The notes under the pieces: model-generated
Seen by the model: the letters and a program-made list of their open reading frames with translations, nothing else
What the model was told of the DNA's origin: nothing
Databases searched by the model: none
Program-made: the position numbers and the translations under genes
Shown here: piece by piece, positions 1-13,656 of the stretch
Layout: each line of letters begins with the position of its first letter
Numbering within the stretch: position 1 is the stretch's first letter
NCBI RefSeq assembly: GCF_009834535.1
Contig: NC_045696.1
Span: 45,262,001 to 45,326,000 of the forward strand
Reading direction: 5' to 3'
Source of the DNA: Camelus ferus
Taxonomy: Eukaryota
Length of the DNA stretch: 64,000 nucleotides

Positions 1-99
1 AGAAAGCCTGATGCATTTACTTTAGCAACAAGAAAAGTATATCTGGAATGAAGGAGCTGGATGCAAGAAGTGACAGTGAGGGAAAAAAATATGTCTGTA

Positions 100-2160
100 T
101 ATTTGATTAAAAATGAGTAATTATTGTTATTTCTTTCTTTTTAAAAAGCTGGAACTAAAACAGTCAACAGAAATAATATTGGCAATGTCTTGTTTGAGAA
201 TAGGAAAGAGACAGTAAATCCTTTAAATTTGTTAGAAAAACCTGGAGTTTAGGACATACAGGCTTAACCTCGGGTAGTCCATCTGCTGAAAGGGACACAG
301 GCCAGTTCAAGTTCTCTGAGTGTCCCTCTTTCCTACAGAAACTAAATAATAGATATTGATAAAATAAATATCAATAGATACTGATAAAATTAAAAAAAAA
401 CCCAGAGAAATCAAGAATCATGACATGGTAATTCTGTATCTACACTTATATCTAAAACATGTAACCACTAAAATAGTAGAAATATAATTGGTGAATTTAT
501 ACAAGCAAACACACAAAAAGGATTAAGAAGAACTTTATCATTGTAGCAGAAAGGTAAGAAGAGAAGAAAGTGAAAAAGTGAAACAGGAATAAACATGATA
601 CTTGTATATTGAGTATGTTAATAAAAAGAAAGCTGATGGAGTATTACTAAACAATAGAATGATGAACTAGAATTTAAAACAAAAGCCCTATTAAGTGTCT
701 CCATAATAATAAAATATTTACCAATGCATGCAAATATTATAAATTGTGATACGCTAACAATATAGAACTATGGTACATAAAATTAAAATTGACAGGATTA
801 TAAGAAGAAATGAACAAATCCATAATTGCAGTGGGGAACTTTAAAATATCCTCCAAGGGTTTATTCAAGAAAAATATTATCAAGGTTATATAAAATAGGA
901 GCAATGTAGTCAACAGTGTTATCTATCTCTACCTACCTACTTATCTATCAAACTCTACATGCAAGAAATAACTATTTGTATCTTTATTCCAGCACACATG
1001 AAACCTATAAAGAAATTCGATCAGCATAAGCCATAGGGGAAATCTCAATTCCAAAAATATCAGTTGGTATTACCTGACCACAAAGCAATAATAAAAAAAT
1101 CAATGACAAAAGAATAACACATAAACATTGATATATATGGAAATAAACCGACACAGTGACACACACAGAGTAAATTACACTTAGGAAGAAAAAATCACAA
1201 TGGAAATCCCAGAGTATTTGAAAATGAATGGCAGTAAAAATATTACATATCAAAATGTGTGGCACATGGTTAGAGTGCTAATTAACAGAACATTTATTGG
1301 CAAGCATTCATATGCTAGAAAAGAAAAAAATTAAATACCTGAGCTACATGGTAAACTTAAGAAGATTAGATAAAAGTAAAAAAATAAAGGTAATATATCT
1401 AATAAACGAAGGAAAGAAGTTACAAAGGTAAGAATAAAAAATAAGGTAGAAAACAAGGAAACAAAAGAGAAGGTCTAAAAACCTAAAGCTGGCTTAAATA
1501 AAACAGAAAACTTTCAATCAAGGCTATTTAAGAGAAAACAAATAAGGTTAAATAATCAATACTAGAAAATGAAAAAAAGAGAATACAGAGTTACAGTGGT
1601 GATCTAAGATTGAAAAGGAAAAAATGAAGAACCTAATGACAAAAGAAGATTTTGAAAATATTTACACTACAAAAATGAATCAGGAAAAACTTGAAGAGAA
1701 CAATATCATTTAAAAAAAGTGATTTATCATCTCTCCCTTTCCATTCTTAGCCACAGAAAAAGAAAAGATGTTAAGCCCAGAAAGTTAAATAGGTTAAGTT
1801 CTATTAAACAGACAATAAACACATAATCTTTACCTAATAAAAACTGTTCTAGTAAATGAAAAAAAGGAAAACTACCTAATCATTTTTTAAGGCCCATGAC
1901 ACTTGAATAAAAAAATCAGATACAAAAGCATGAGAAAACAAAATTATCCAAGAATCTTACTTCTGAACACGGATAAAATGCTAACAAATGAACCCCAGCT
2001 ATGCATTAAGATATTGATATATTCTGATAAATTTAGGGTCATTTCAGAGCAATGTATCAATGTAATCTATTAAAGAATCAGTATCATATGATTATTTCAA
2101 TACACACACAAAAAAACACAAAATACTCCAGTTGATAAAATTTAATACTTACGTTGTAAG
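100..2160 (+). mobile_element. Old L1M LINE fragments (ORF2 endonuclease/RT remnants)
   Basis: A-rich sequence with degenerate L1 motifs, e.g. acaaatccataattgcagtggggaacttt and ttacatatcaaaatgtgtgg. Confidence 0.75.
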
Positions 2161-2929
2161 CATTCTTTTAAAACAGTAAAACAAAAAAAGTGGCAAATGA
2201 CAGAAAGAGTATTTTCTAGTAACCATGCTTTGATCTAAATATTTTGGTTTGCCAAATTTTGATAAGATATTTAGAGATATTCTAATGAATGCACAAGATT
2301 TTTATCATTTTTGTCTGTTTATGGTAATGTAAAAAATGTCTAAAGCAATGGAGTTATTTTTAAAAAACAGAATTTATTCCAGAAGAATAAAGAAATCTTT
2401 CTTTCTATTTAAAAACTCTGCTCCTGGGATAATACCATCTGGGGAATTCTATGTTAGTTCCACCCCCACCCAACAAAGATGCAGTCTGTAACTTCCATTC
2501 TCTCCTTCATATAGGAGTGATTAGGTTAAGCTACCAGAATCCTTTGTCACACAATTTGATGATACGGTTATAGCAGAACTTTCAGACAGTTCTTTGTTTT
2601 TCCTAAATGATTGCCATTTTCTTCAAGACAGCAACAGACAAGCCAGTGCTAAATACTTTTCAACTATGATACACAGAAATGATAATGTTGATAAGAAACA
2701 TGAACAAGGGGTATATCCTTCTCTACCCCACTGTCCTTCCAGCCTGCTGGCAACACCGCCCTTCTGCTGCTTCAGTAATGCTATCTGAACAGCAGTTGTG
2801 TTGGGGAGACAGTGAGCCTTGGAGCCTCCTGTGCTTCCCGCGCCAGCCCACTCTGCCCGCCCACACGGGGAGGCTAGGAACGTGGCTGAGGAGGGCTCTG
2901 CATAGGGCTGCAAGACCCTTCCGGTCCCT

Positions 2930-3400
2930 CACTCCCAAATTCTCTGTACGTGGTGTCGAAACACTCATTCCCATGAAGTTCTGCACACCTACCGCTCTAA
3001 ACAGTCTTACATCCCTTCCAAATCATCAAATCCTCCACTTTGTTCCCTGAAACTCGAGTCATTTATCATCAACTTATCCTTCATGTTCAACCTCTTGTAA
3101 AGTCTTCATTCCCTTAACGTAGAAATAACTCGGCCCTGAAAACACTAGCTTTCCCTTTGACAATCTCATGTGATGCATGATTCCTCTCCTATTTTTTTTC
3201 TTTCTTCTTCTTTATGCCCTTTTTCAGAACATTTCCCCCACTCCATTTTTCCTAAAAATCTCCAGGATCTTTGAAAATTATGATATCAAATTATACCATT
3301 CCTCCTTATAATAGTCATCCTCCGCCCTTGAAGATTTAACTACCTGAACCACAGTCTCAGTTGCTCTCACTCTAACATTACTCCTGTATCACACTTCTGC
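2930..3400 (+). mobile_element. L2 LINE internal fragment
   Basis: C/T-rich sequence resembling the L2 endonuclease region (ccctgaaactcgagtcatttatcatcaac...ccctgaaaacactagctttccct). Confidence 0.55.
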
Positions 3401-3406
3401 CTCCTT

Positions 3407-3933
3407 TGCCGGTGCCCTTGTTGAGCTCCCCGGTCTGGCTGGAGTTCAAATTGAACCCCAGCATCTGCATACTTCACAGCCTGTATACACTGAGATCTAC
3501 CTATATCCACCCACCTTCACTTTCAGACTTGGATGGATTCTTATTCTGTTTGAGTAACACAACTTGGAACTGTAGGGGTCAGCATCCCCTGACATGAACC
3601 TTGACCAGTGGAAAAAGGGAGATGAGAGTAGAGCACATAAAGATCTCTTCATGTCTCCCTGTCATGGGCTGCTCCAATGTATGTTTCCTCCTTGCAAACC
3701 TTCCAGAGAAGCTTCACATGCTGAGTAAAACAACTGCTGAATGACCCATCTCGTCTCTTTATATAAAATGTACTTCTTTGCACTATTTCTCATTACATCA
3801 TTTGCATCTTTCTTTGCCTCATTCTCTCTTTATGTCTTCATCTTCAATGCCCTGGACTTTCACCTACTAATAGAGTATAAGCATTTTAAACCCTTTCTCA
3901 GGCTGTATTTCCTGGAATCCTGGGGCAAAGACA
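3407..3933 (+). mobile_element. ERVL-class solo LTR (LTR16/LTR33-like)
   Basis: Starts TG and ends ctcaggctgtatttcctggaatcctggggcaaagaca, a typical ERVL LTR terminus. Confidence 0.6.
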
Positions 3934-4794
3934 AACAGTTAATATCTATGACTATATTCTGTGGAGACTGGAGGGAAATCGATGAGAAACTTTCAAGGTG
4001 AAAAAAAGAAGCTATCATATTCTATTTTGGTGGACCCTTCATTCTTGATCATTTGGCTAAGAAAAATGATGCTCACTCAGAGCTCAGGGGGCCACAAATA
4101 ACACCATCTTTCTGCTTCCTTTACTAGTGGATGTTCTTGGATTTTTCACTTAGGATTATATTTTATTTGTAGTTTTTCTTAATAAAAATGAAGTATGTCT
4201 CACGTGAAATGAATCAGTGTAAGGCTGGTTACTGGGGTCTCTCTGCTCCCAGCTGCCAAACCAGCACCGATTTTTATACAACCATCTGATGACCGAAGAT
4301 TTCATTTTCTTCATGTCACAGAAATCAGCATCACTTTATGTAGTCTAGACCAGTCATGTCCAATAGGAATTTTGTTGGTAATGGATTTATTTGTTCTGGG
4401 CTGTTCAAGAGAGAAGCCACTCACCACAGGTGGCTGTTGAGCACTCGAAATGTGGCTAGTGAAAGGCCAAAGGCCTTTTTGTAGGACAGGGGCCAAGCAA
4501 CTACACTAAATTAAAACATATGCAAGCAGAAGGGAGATACTTCCCAAAAAATAAAGTTGGCAGTTCAAGCTAAATAAAAAATATGTACCTGCTAAAACAA
4601 AGGAAACAACACCTATCAATGAAGAATAACAGAATTGAGAATCTTTAAAATTTAGTACTGACAATGTCCAGGACAAAACTCAAAATTATCTAACATAAAC
4701 AAAACCAAAAAAAAAAAAAAAATCACAGCCTCAAGAAGAAGAAAAGGATTGATCACAACCCTAAAATGCAAGACTGAAAAAAGGGATGAACAGA

Positions 4795-5275
4795 CTCTCA
4801 AGGTGGCAAGAGGCTGCATTCCTTCCTCACGTCTCTAGGAGAGAGTCTGTTTTCGGATCGTTTGGATGTGTGGTAGAAATCAGTTTCTTCAGGTTGTGAG
4901 ATTCCGGTCCCTGTTTTCATCCTGGCTGTGAACTGAGAGCTGTTCCCAGAACTAGATGCTACCAGCTTTTGGCTCCTTTCCTTCATCTTTACATCCAGCA
5001 ATAGCAGGTTAAGTCTTTCTCACGTCACATCTGTCTGAACTTTCTTCCATTGTATTTACATCTCTCCTTGGGTACATTTGAGAACAATTCTCTGCTTTAA
5101 AGGATTTATGAGATTAGAATGGGATCCCCCAAATAATTCAGGATATTCTCTCAGTTTCAATGTCCTTGACCTTAATCACATCTTCAGAGTCTTTTACTAG
5201 GCAAAGTATCATATTCACAGGTTCTACCGGGTTGGTGAGTAGATCTATTTGAGGACTCTTTTCCTACCCACTACA
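4795..5275 (-). mobile_element. MaLR MLT1 LTR
   Basis: Contains ccttaatcacatct...tattcacaggttct...cctacccactaca, the reverse of an MLT1 5' end. Confidence 0.8.
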
Positions 5276-5895
5276 TTAACTATTTCAATAATTACATTAA
5301 TCATGAAAGACTAAAACACTCCAATTAAAAGACAAAGATACTTGAATGAATATAAAATAAGACCCAACTATACACTGATTTCACGAGACACACTTTAAAT
5401 ACAAAAAACACAGACATTTTGGAAGCAAAAGAATGAAAAAGATATACCATGTAAACATTAAGAATAAGAAGGCTGGAGTGGCTATATTAATGTCAGATAA
5501 AATAGATTCAAAACAAAAATATTACCAGAGGTAAAGAGAAATCCTTTATGAAAATGAAATGGTCAATTCATCAGGAAGATACAGTATATATAAACAGAGC
5601 TTCAAATTACATGAAGCAAAATTTACATAATTAATAGATAAACAATTACACAATCACCATTGTAGACTTTAATGCTGCTCTCTCAGCATTTGCCAGAACT
5701 AGACAAAAAAAAAAAATCCATAATGACATAGAAGATCTGAACAGTGCTATCAACTACGTTGACCTAATTGATATTTAATAGGCCACTATATCACACAACC
5801 ACAGAATACATATTCTTTTCAAGTGCAATGATACTTTTAGCAGGATAGGCCACATTCTGTCTCATAAAACAGTCTCAATAAATTTTTAAAACAAC
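5276..5895 (+). mobile_element. L1M ORF2 endonuclease fragment
   Basis: Motifs ccaattaaaagaca, aaggctggagtggctatattaatgtcagataaaatagatt and gaatacatattcttttcaagtgca. Confidence 0.85.
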
Positions 5896-6805
5896 TGTGC
5901 AGATTATTTGTAACAAAAGTTAATAAAGGGGAAAATGAAGGAAAGCAATAACTCATGGGTCAGCAAGGAGAACAGCTATCACTGTCTTCTTTTCAGTTAC
6001 AGCAGAGTGTATTGCATTTCCTTAAGAAGCAGCGCACTTTTTAGCACCAAGAACTCTGTAGTGAAGAAAGCTAAAGGTGCAAGACTTGAGGGGATGGGGG
6101 AGGAATATATGTTACAAACAACTGGATAATTCTGAACACATGGATTTACTTCTCTATATCAAATACTGAAACCAATAAACTAATTTTTTTAAATCCTTTT
6201 TTTAAAGGGAAATACCAGAAAATTTTTGTCTTTTTAGCTGTAATCTCTCACTGTAAACTCTGACTTTCCAAAGGTCACCCCAATTAGGATTTCTCTACAT
6301 CTGTAAATACTAGAAAGAGCACCCAAACACCATCCACAAGTACCAAATCAAGAGCTCTGTATTCTCATTATTTTTGTTCTCAGTTAATAAATTTATCTCT
6401 AATAAAATGTAAATGTCTTCCAGTAATTAAATATCTCATTGAAAATTGGTAGCCTAAAATAGAACAAGGTAGGTGACAACATTTGTAAGTTGTATAGTCC
6501 TGTAAAAATAAAATCATCATATATTCTACTGATATAATAGCAATATGCCATGTGATAACCTTTATTTTAAAAAATTCAATTCTAACACTGGCTTCTCTAG
6601 AAATGTAACCTAATATAACGAAGAGCCAATAATTTCCCCTAAAAATGGAAGAAAATGTTGCATTTCTGAAGACACATATGTATTATATAATTTAGTGATA
6701 TAATTTACTTATAAGAAAGTAGTAATTTAATAGTCTACTTATGAGGTATTATCCTTCAGTGTTCAGGTTTCTCTTCCTCCAGAAAACCTTCTTGACCTAA
6801 CCCAC

Positions 6806-7279
6806 TGTAATGGTTAATTTTATGTGTTAACTTGGCTGGGCCATGGTATGCCTAGACATTTTGAGTGTGTCTGTGAGGGTGTGTCTGTGAGGGTGTTTCT
6901 GGATGAGAGTAACATTTAAATAGGTAGGGCAGAGTAAAGCAGACTGCTATTCAGAATGCTGGTGGGCCTCATCCAATCAGTTGAAGACCTAAATAGAATA
7001 AAAAGGCTGAATAAGAGAGGACTTCTTCAGCCCGACTGATTGAGCTGAGACACTGGTCTTCTCCTGTCCTTGGACTGAAACTACACCATTGGCTCTCCCA
7101 GGTTCCAGTTTGCCAATTGCAGATCTTGGGATTTCTCAGCCTCCATAATCATGTGAGCCAATTCCTTATGATCTCAATCAATCTCTCTCTCGTCCTCCAT
7201 ATACATATATAACTATACCTATCCATCCATCCATCTTGTCCCCCTGGTTCTATTTCTCTGGAGAACCCTGACTAATACA
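6806..7279 (+). mobile_element. MLT2 (ERVL) solo LTR
   Basis: Termini tgtaatggttaattttatgtgttaacttggctgggcca and tctctggagaaccctgactaataca. Confidence 0.9.
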
Positions 7280-9493
7280 GTCACAATTTCTAGGGTTGCT
7301 TCATCTATGAATATGCCCTTAGCTCCCTCTCCATCTCTCTGTAGAGCTTATCACTCTATATTATAGTTGTCGCTCAGTTTTAAGGTCTAAGAAAGCAGAA
7401 ATAATGCCTTTCTCCCACATCCTTTATCCATAGGTCTTAGTATGGTGCCTGACACCTAGTATACACTGAACAACAGTTGTTGAATAAATAAAAGAATAGA
7501 TCAAATTTCAGTCAGAGATATATCTAGATTGCTTTCATTATGTAAGTACTAGATTGCTTTCTTTATGTACTTTAACTATTATTGGCCCACAGGTAAGCTA
7601 AACCTAGGTAGACATGACTGAATGTGATTCTTAAGTCATTAAATCCTTCAGTACACATATGTAGCAATTTTTTGTTTTCTGTTTGCCTATTCAGCTTATA
7701 TATTTCTAAAGGAAAATTGATTTTTGATACATGTTACTCCTGAAAAAAGTAGTCATTCGAATGGATTTGGGCATTTCCATTCTCAGTTTGGTATAAAAGC
7801 AATCAGGGCCTAAGAATGGAAAAGGACCATCACATGGAAGGGAAACGCTCCTCCTTCCATTCTGTTCAGCCACTTGTTCAAAGTGAGACAATCATCTTCC
7901 CATTAACTAAAGGCAGAGATGGCTACAGGCAAATAATTATCATGGTTGAAAATTCCTGATTTTAAAATAATTCCAATTAGATCTCTTTCATAACTGCATT
8001 CATTGCCCTAGAAAAAATAATGAAAAATGAAAGAGTATTTTGGCATGTAGACATACCTCAAGATTTTTTCTTTTGTTGGGGTATGTGAATTAAGAACAGA
8101 ATGGAATTTTTAAAAGTGGGTCAACGATGGTTAAAATTACTCTGTTTCCTTCTCTATTCTTTCTGTAAAAAAATTTTAATCAACACTTAAAGCCAAATGT
8201 CTAGGTTTTGTACACATCAATAGAAAATACAAACAAGAAGGTGAAAGAACACAGATTACTATTGATCCCTCTTTACACAAAAGGAGTTATTTTCTTTGGT
8301 ATTGGCTTTAAAAAGTGGTGTTTCCCTGTTTCCCCCTCCCCTTCAATACTTCAATAAAGGAGCCAACAATTCATTGTGTGTTAGCTGGAGCTGCAAGGAA
8401 TTATTGAAAAAGAACTTAAAAAAAAAAAAAGAAGAAAGAGAGAAAGAAAGAAAGAAAAAGCATTATACCAAAGAGAGAAACACATTTCAAGTCAGATTTA
8501 TCTACTCTCTTGGATTTAGGCACGTGCATCTTTTACAATGAGCTGAATGAATGAGGGTGAATACAAGCCTGTGTCGATGATGCCTTGTACCCAACTACAT
8601 TACTAAAATCCTTTTCTATAGAAATTGCCCAGTGTTCCATTCCTTTCAGTCTCTACATTGTTGTGCCATAAATACCTAGTTTAAACTGACACACAATGCC
8701 ATTTTAGTAAGGCTCTCGAGAGCCATTCATTTGAGCACATGTAACAGCAAAGGGAGCAACCTGGCACCTATTACACTAGCATACTCTCCCATGTAAAAAT
8801 GACATAGTTCTGTCAGGAGCTGGTATTTATGACTCTAAATTTTAAGCTAAATTTGTAAGAAATAAGCTGTTCTTTTTTTCCAAAGACTAGTACAGTGTTT
8901 TCAACTTGCATAGAAAAGTATCATTGATTTATATTTTTAAAAGGGTTATTTTTTACACATTTATCACAATGCAATACACTTTTTTAAAAAGCTCATGGTT
9001 CACAACTAGTACTTTTTTCTATTTTCTTTCACTGTCCATTTTAAATGGGCAGTTTTATAGTCAGCTCTCTTCACTTAATACAGTGTCATAAACATTTTAC
9101 TCTATTACCTGATTTTCTTAACATCCCATTGTCAGCATGTGCATAATTACCAAAATCATTCCACCTATTTACATTTTTTTGTTATAATAAACCCATTTGT
9201 ATATATGTTTTTATAATTTAAGAAAGATAAGTTTTAGAAATAGGATGTTCTTTTAATGACCTTTCCTGAATTGAAGAAATTGAACCCTTAATCCAACTTA
9301 GTCATTTCCTTTTAGGATGGATAAGTAAGAATCTAAGCCTCCTTTCAGACAATTACAAAACAGGCTAATAATTAAGACCTGGGGAGAGCAGGCCTAGATC
9401 TCAATTCTATCACAAATACCATATGATCTTTAGAAGTGACTTATCTCTTACAGTTCTTCTTTTCTTTTTTTCTCATCTTAAAGTGGGAATACT

Positions 9494-12400
9494 GACTTCC
9501 GTTTTTCAGTTCAGCATGCAAGGAGCTTAGAAGTCACTTCCCCATCCTAATACAAGTAAAAAGCTGTAGGAGCTGAAAAATCAACAACTAGAATCAGAAA
9601 CGTGACGTCACGTACAGCAACTGTTGCCCCCAAATTGGAGAGTCAGACAAGAGAATAGAGAGAATCCCAAATTACCAGAGCAGAAACCCACAGGGTAGGA
9701 AAACCTGAGTGGTAATTAATGAACTGCTGGAAGCTCGGTGTGGACAACTCCTGAGGGTCAACAATTTCAGGGAGGCCCTGGTCATTGCTGGAAAAGAGTA
9801 CAATTTTGTGAATTTTGACCTTCAGGAGCTCAAACAAGTCCATAAAATGAATATCAGAGAAAAATTCCCTCAAGGTCCTGGCAAGAGAAGACGAAAAAGA
9901 ACCACTTTAAAATGTACCAGAACATTCTGATCTTAACAAAAGCCTGCCTTCAGGAGAAATTGTTTTACCAGAACCTAAGCTTCTGGGGTTTTATAATAGT
10001 CTAACTTACCTGGGGGAAGGGAAATACTCAATTCTATTTCCCGCTGGCCTTTCACATGGGGGAAGGAAACACACAACTCCACTTTCTCTAGCCATTCTGT
10101 GCTAACAGGGAGAAAACCTGAGAATCACTGGAGAAGCTTGAAGTCCAGGGGCACAGGCTCAGCAGAAGACTGAGACTTAATCATAGGACTGTAGAATGCT
10201 TCCCCTTGCCCCACACCTTACCACTGCATTACTAAAGGCCTACTGATTATCAGCACATTCTTGTTACCTAGTACATCATGTCTTTCAACAAAAAGTTACA
10301 AGACATGCCAAAAGGCAAAAAACAAAACAAAACAAAACAGTTTTAGAGTCTGAACAAGCATAAGAACCAGAATTAGGAATGTTGGAATTATCAGACCAGG
10401 AGTTTTTAACAAGTATGATTAATATGCTAAGAGATCTAATGTAAAAGTAGGTAACATGCAAGAGCAAATGAATAATGTAAGGAGAGAGAGGGAAATTCTA
10501 AGAATCAAAAGGAAATTCTAGAGATCAAAAACACTAACAGAAATGAAGAATGCTTCTGATAAGCTTATTAGTAGACAAGAAACGGCCTCAGAAAGAATCT
10601 CCGCACTCAAGAATATGACAACAGAAAATTCCAAAAATGAAAAAAAAAAGAAAAAATGACAAAAAAAGAAAAACCCAACAGACTAGCATACCCCAAAACT
10701 GTGGGATAACCACAAAATTTGTAACATACATGTGATGGAATACCAGAAGGAGAAGCTTAAGAGAGGAAAGAATGGAAGTAGTATTTGAAGCCATAATAAC
10801 TTAAAATTTCCCTCCAAATTAATGCCAGCCACCAAAATGCACATCCCGGAATCTCATAGAATACCAAGCAGATAAACACAAGGAAAAAACCCTAAACATA
10901 GGCATATTATATTCAAACTTTAAAAAATCAAAGATAAAGAAAAAAAAATAATGAAAGAAGCCAGAGGAAAATCCCGTTTTACCTATAGAAGAGCAAAGGA
11001 TAAGAATTACATCTCATTTCAATATTTCAAGTATTGAAAGAAAAAAACCCCCACCAACCTAGAATTTGGTACCCTGCAAATTGTCCATTTAAAGTGAAAG
11101 AGAAACAAAGACTTTCTCAGACAAATAAAAATTGAGGGGATTTGTTTCTAAAACTGCCTTGCAAGAAATATTAAAAAATTTCTTCTTCAGAGAGAAGGAA
11201 ATGATATAGGTCATAAACTTGGATCCACATTAAAAAAAAAAAAACAACGAAGAACATTAGGGAATGAATAAGTGAAGATAAAATAAAAACTTTTATTTTT
11301 CTTATTCTTAATTAACATATTTCAGTTTGTTCAAAATAATAATACCAACAATGTCTTAGGTTATGTCCATTTATGTAAAGGGAAATAAATGCCAGCAATG
11401 TTACAAAAGATGGGAGGAAAGAATCATAAACATTTTGTTATTATAAGGTACTTGCAACACCCATGAAGTTGTATAGTGTTATCTGGAAGTAGACTTGGAT
11501 TGATTGTAGGTGTATATTGCCAAATCAATGGCAATCACTAACAAAAGTAACAAAAAAGAAACACAATTGATATATTAAGAAAGGAAAAAATATGGAATCA
11601 TATAAAATGCTCAACTAAAACCTCAAAAGGCAGAAAAAGAGTAGAAGACAAAAAAGGAAGAAAAAACAAAGGCAACAAACAGAAAACAGACACAAACATG
11701 GTATATATTAATGCAGCTATGTCAATAATCATTTTGAACATCAATGGTCTAAATTTACAAATTAAAAGACAGAGGTTGAGTGGATCAAAAAACAAGACCC
11801 AATCATATGTTGTCTACCAGAAACCCACTTTAAATATAAAGACAGGAACTCATTAATTGTGGTAGAAATGCATAATGGTATAGCCACTTTGGAAGACAGT
11901 TTGGCTGTTTCTTAGAAAACTAAACATAATCTTACCCTATGATCTAGCAATCCAACAACCCAAAGGAGTTGAAACTCTATGTCCACACAAAAACCTGCAC
12001 ACAGATGTCAAAACTTGGAAGCAACCACAATGTTTTTTGGTAAGTGAATGAATAAACTATAGTATATCCAGACAATAAAATATTATTTAGTGTTAAAAAG
12101 AAATGAAATATCAAGCCACGAAAAGACACAAAGGAAACTTAAATGCATATTACTAAGTAAAAGAAGTCAATCCGAAAAAGCTATGTACCATGTTTTCAAA
12201 TGTATGACATTCCAGAAAAAGACAAAGCTATGGAGTCAGTAAAAATTTTGGTATTTGCCAGGAGTTATAGGGAGGCAGGGAAGAATAGGCAAAGCACGTA
12301 GGGTTTTTTTATGCATATATTTTTCAGAGCAATTTTTAGTTCATGGAAAAACAAAGAGTAAGGTACAGAGATTTCCCATATATTCCCTTCCCCCACACAT

Positions 12401-12948
12401 GCACCGCCTCCTGCATTATCAACATCCCCCAGCAGAGAAGTGCATTTGTTACCACTGACGAACCTGCACTGACACATCATAATCACCCAGAGACTGTAGC
12501 TGACTAGGGTTCACTCTTGGTGTTGTATATTCTATATGTTTGGACAAATGAATAATGGCATGTATCTACCATTGTATGTAGTGTTATACAGAAGTCCCAC
12601 TGTCCTAAAAATCCTCTGTTCTTAGAGGATTCTTAGAGCAGTGAAAATACTGTTTGATACTATAATTATGGATACATGTCATTCATTATACATTTGTCAA
12701 AACCCATAGTGTATACAACACAAAGAGTGAACCCTAGTTAAGTCCCAGTGAAAACTATGGACCTTGGGTGATAATGATGTGACAACACAGGTTCATTTAT
12801 TGCAACAAATGTACCATTCTGGTGGGGAATGTTGATAATGGGGGAGGCTGTGCATGTATGAGAATAGGAGTGTATGGGAACTCTCTGCTCTGTTCTTTCT
12901 GCTCAGTTCTGCTGAAGCTAACACTGCTCTAAGAAACTAAGTTTATTT
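9494..12948 (+). mobile_element. L1MC/L1MD-type LINE with 5'UTR, ORF1, mostly deleted ORF2 and 3'UTR, inserted in a MIR
   Basis: 5' end gacttccgtttttcag; ORF1 remnants 10400-11200; jump from the ORF2 start to the ORF2 end at ~11843; L1MC 3'UTR. MIR halves lie at ~9380-9493 and ~12955-13020. Confidence 0.8.
12304..12619 (-). mobile_element. Inverted L1MC 3'UTR copy nested in the L1MC element
   Basis: Diverged reverse complement of 12624-12948. Confidence 0.85.
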
Positions 12949-13026
12949 ACCCTAAAGAAATTGGGAGTAATAATGCTTATTTGCCCATACAAGTGATTAT
13001 GCATATTAAAACATGTGAGGTCAATA

Positions 13027-13656
13027 TATCCAAAGGGAACCTTAATTCAAAAAGATACATGCACTCCCATGTTCATAGCAGCACTACATACAATACCCAA
13101 GACATGGAAACAACCTAAATTTCCATTGACAGATGACTGGATAAAGAAGATGTGGTATATGTATATACAATGGAATACTACTCAGGCATAAAAAATAATT
13201 AAATAATGCCATTTGCAGCAACATGGATGGACCTGGAGACTGTCATTCTAAGTGAAGTTAAGCCAGAAAGAGAAAGAAAAATACCATATGAGATCGCTCA
13301 TATGTGGAATCTAAAAAAAAGGACAAACTTACTTACAAAACAGAAACAGACTCACAGACATAGAAAACAAACTTATGGTTACCAGGGTGGAAAGGGAGTG
13401 GGAAGGAATAAATTGGGAGCTTGAGATTTGCAGATACTGACTAATATACATAAAATAAACAACAAGTTCATACTGTATAGCACAGGGAACTATATTCAAT
13501 ATCTTGCAGTAACCTATGGAGAAAAAGAATATGAAAATGAATATATGCATGTTCATGTATGACTGAAGCATTATGCTGTACACCAGAAATTGACACACAT
13601 TGTAAATTGACTATACTTCAATAAAAAATAAATATATACAAGATAAACAAATCAAT
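13027..13656 (+). mobile_element. 5'-truncated artiodactyl/camelid-type L1
   Basis: ORF2 end (MPFAATWMDLE), 3'UTR ending ctatacttcaataaaaaa, and TSD aaaacatgtgaggtcaata / aaaatacatgaggtcaata. Confidence 0.9.

Noticed and set aside
2594..3050. Cluster of overlapping ORFs
   Set aside because: Locally higher GC next to an L2 fragment, with no recognisable protein or splice pattern.
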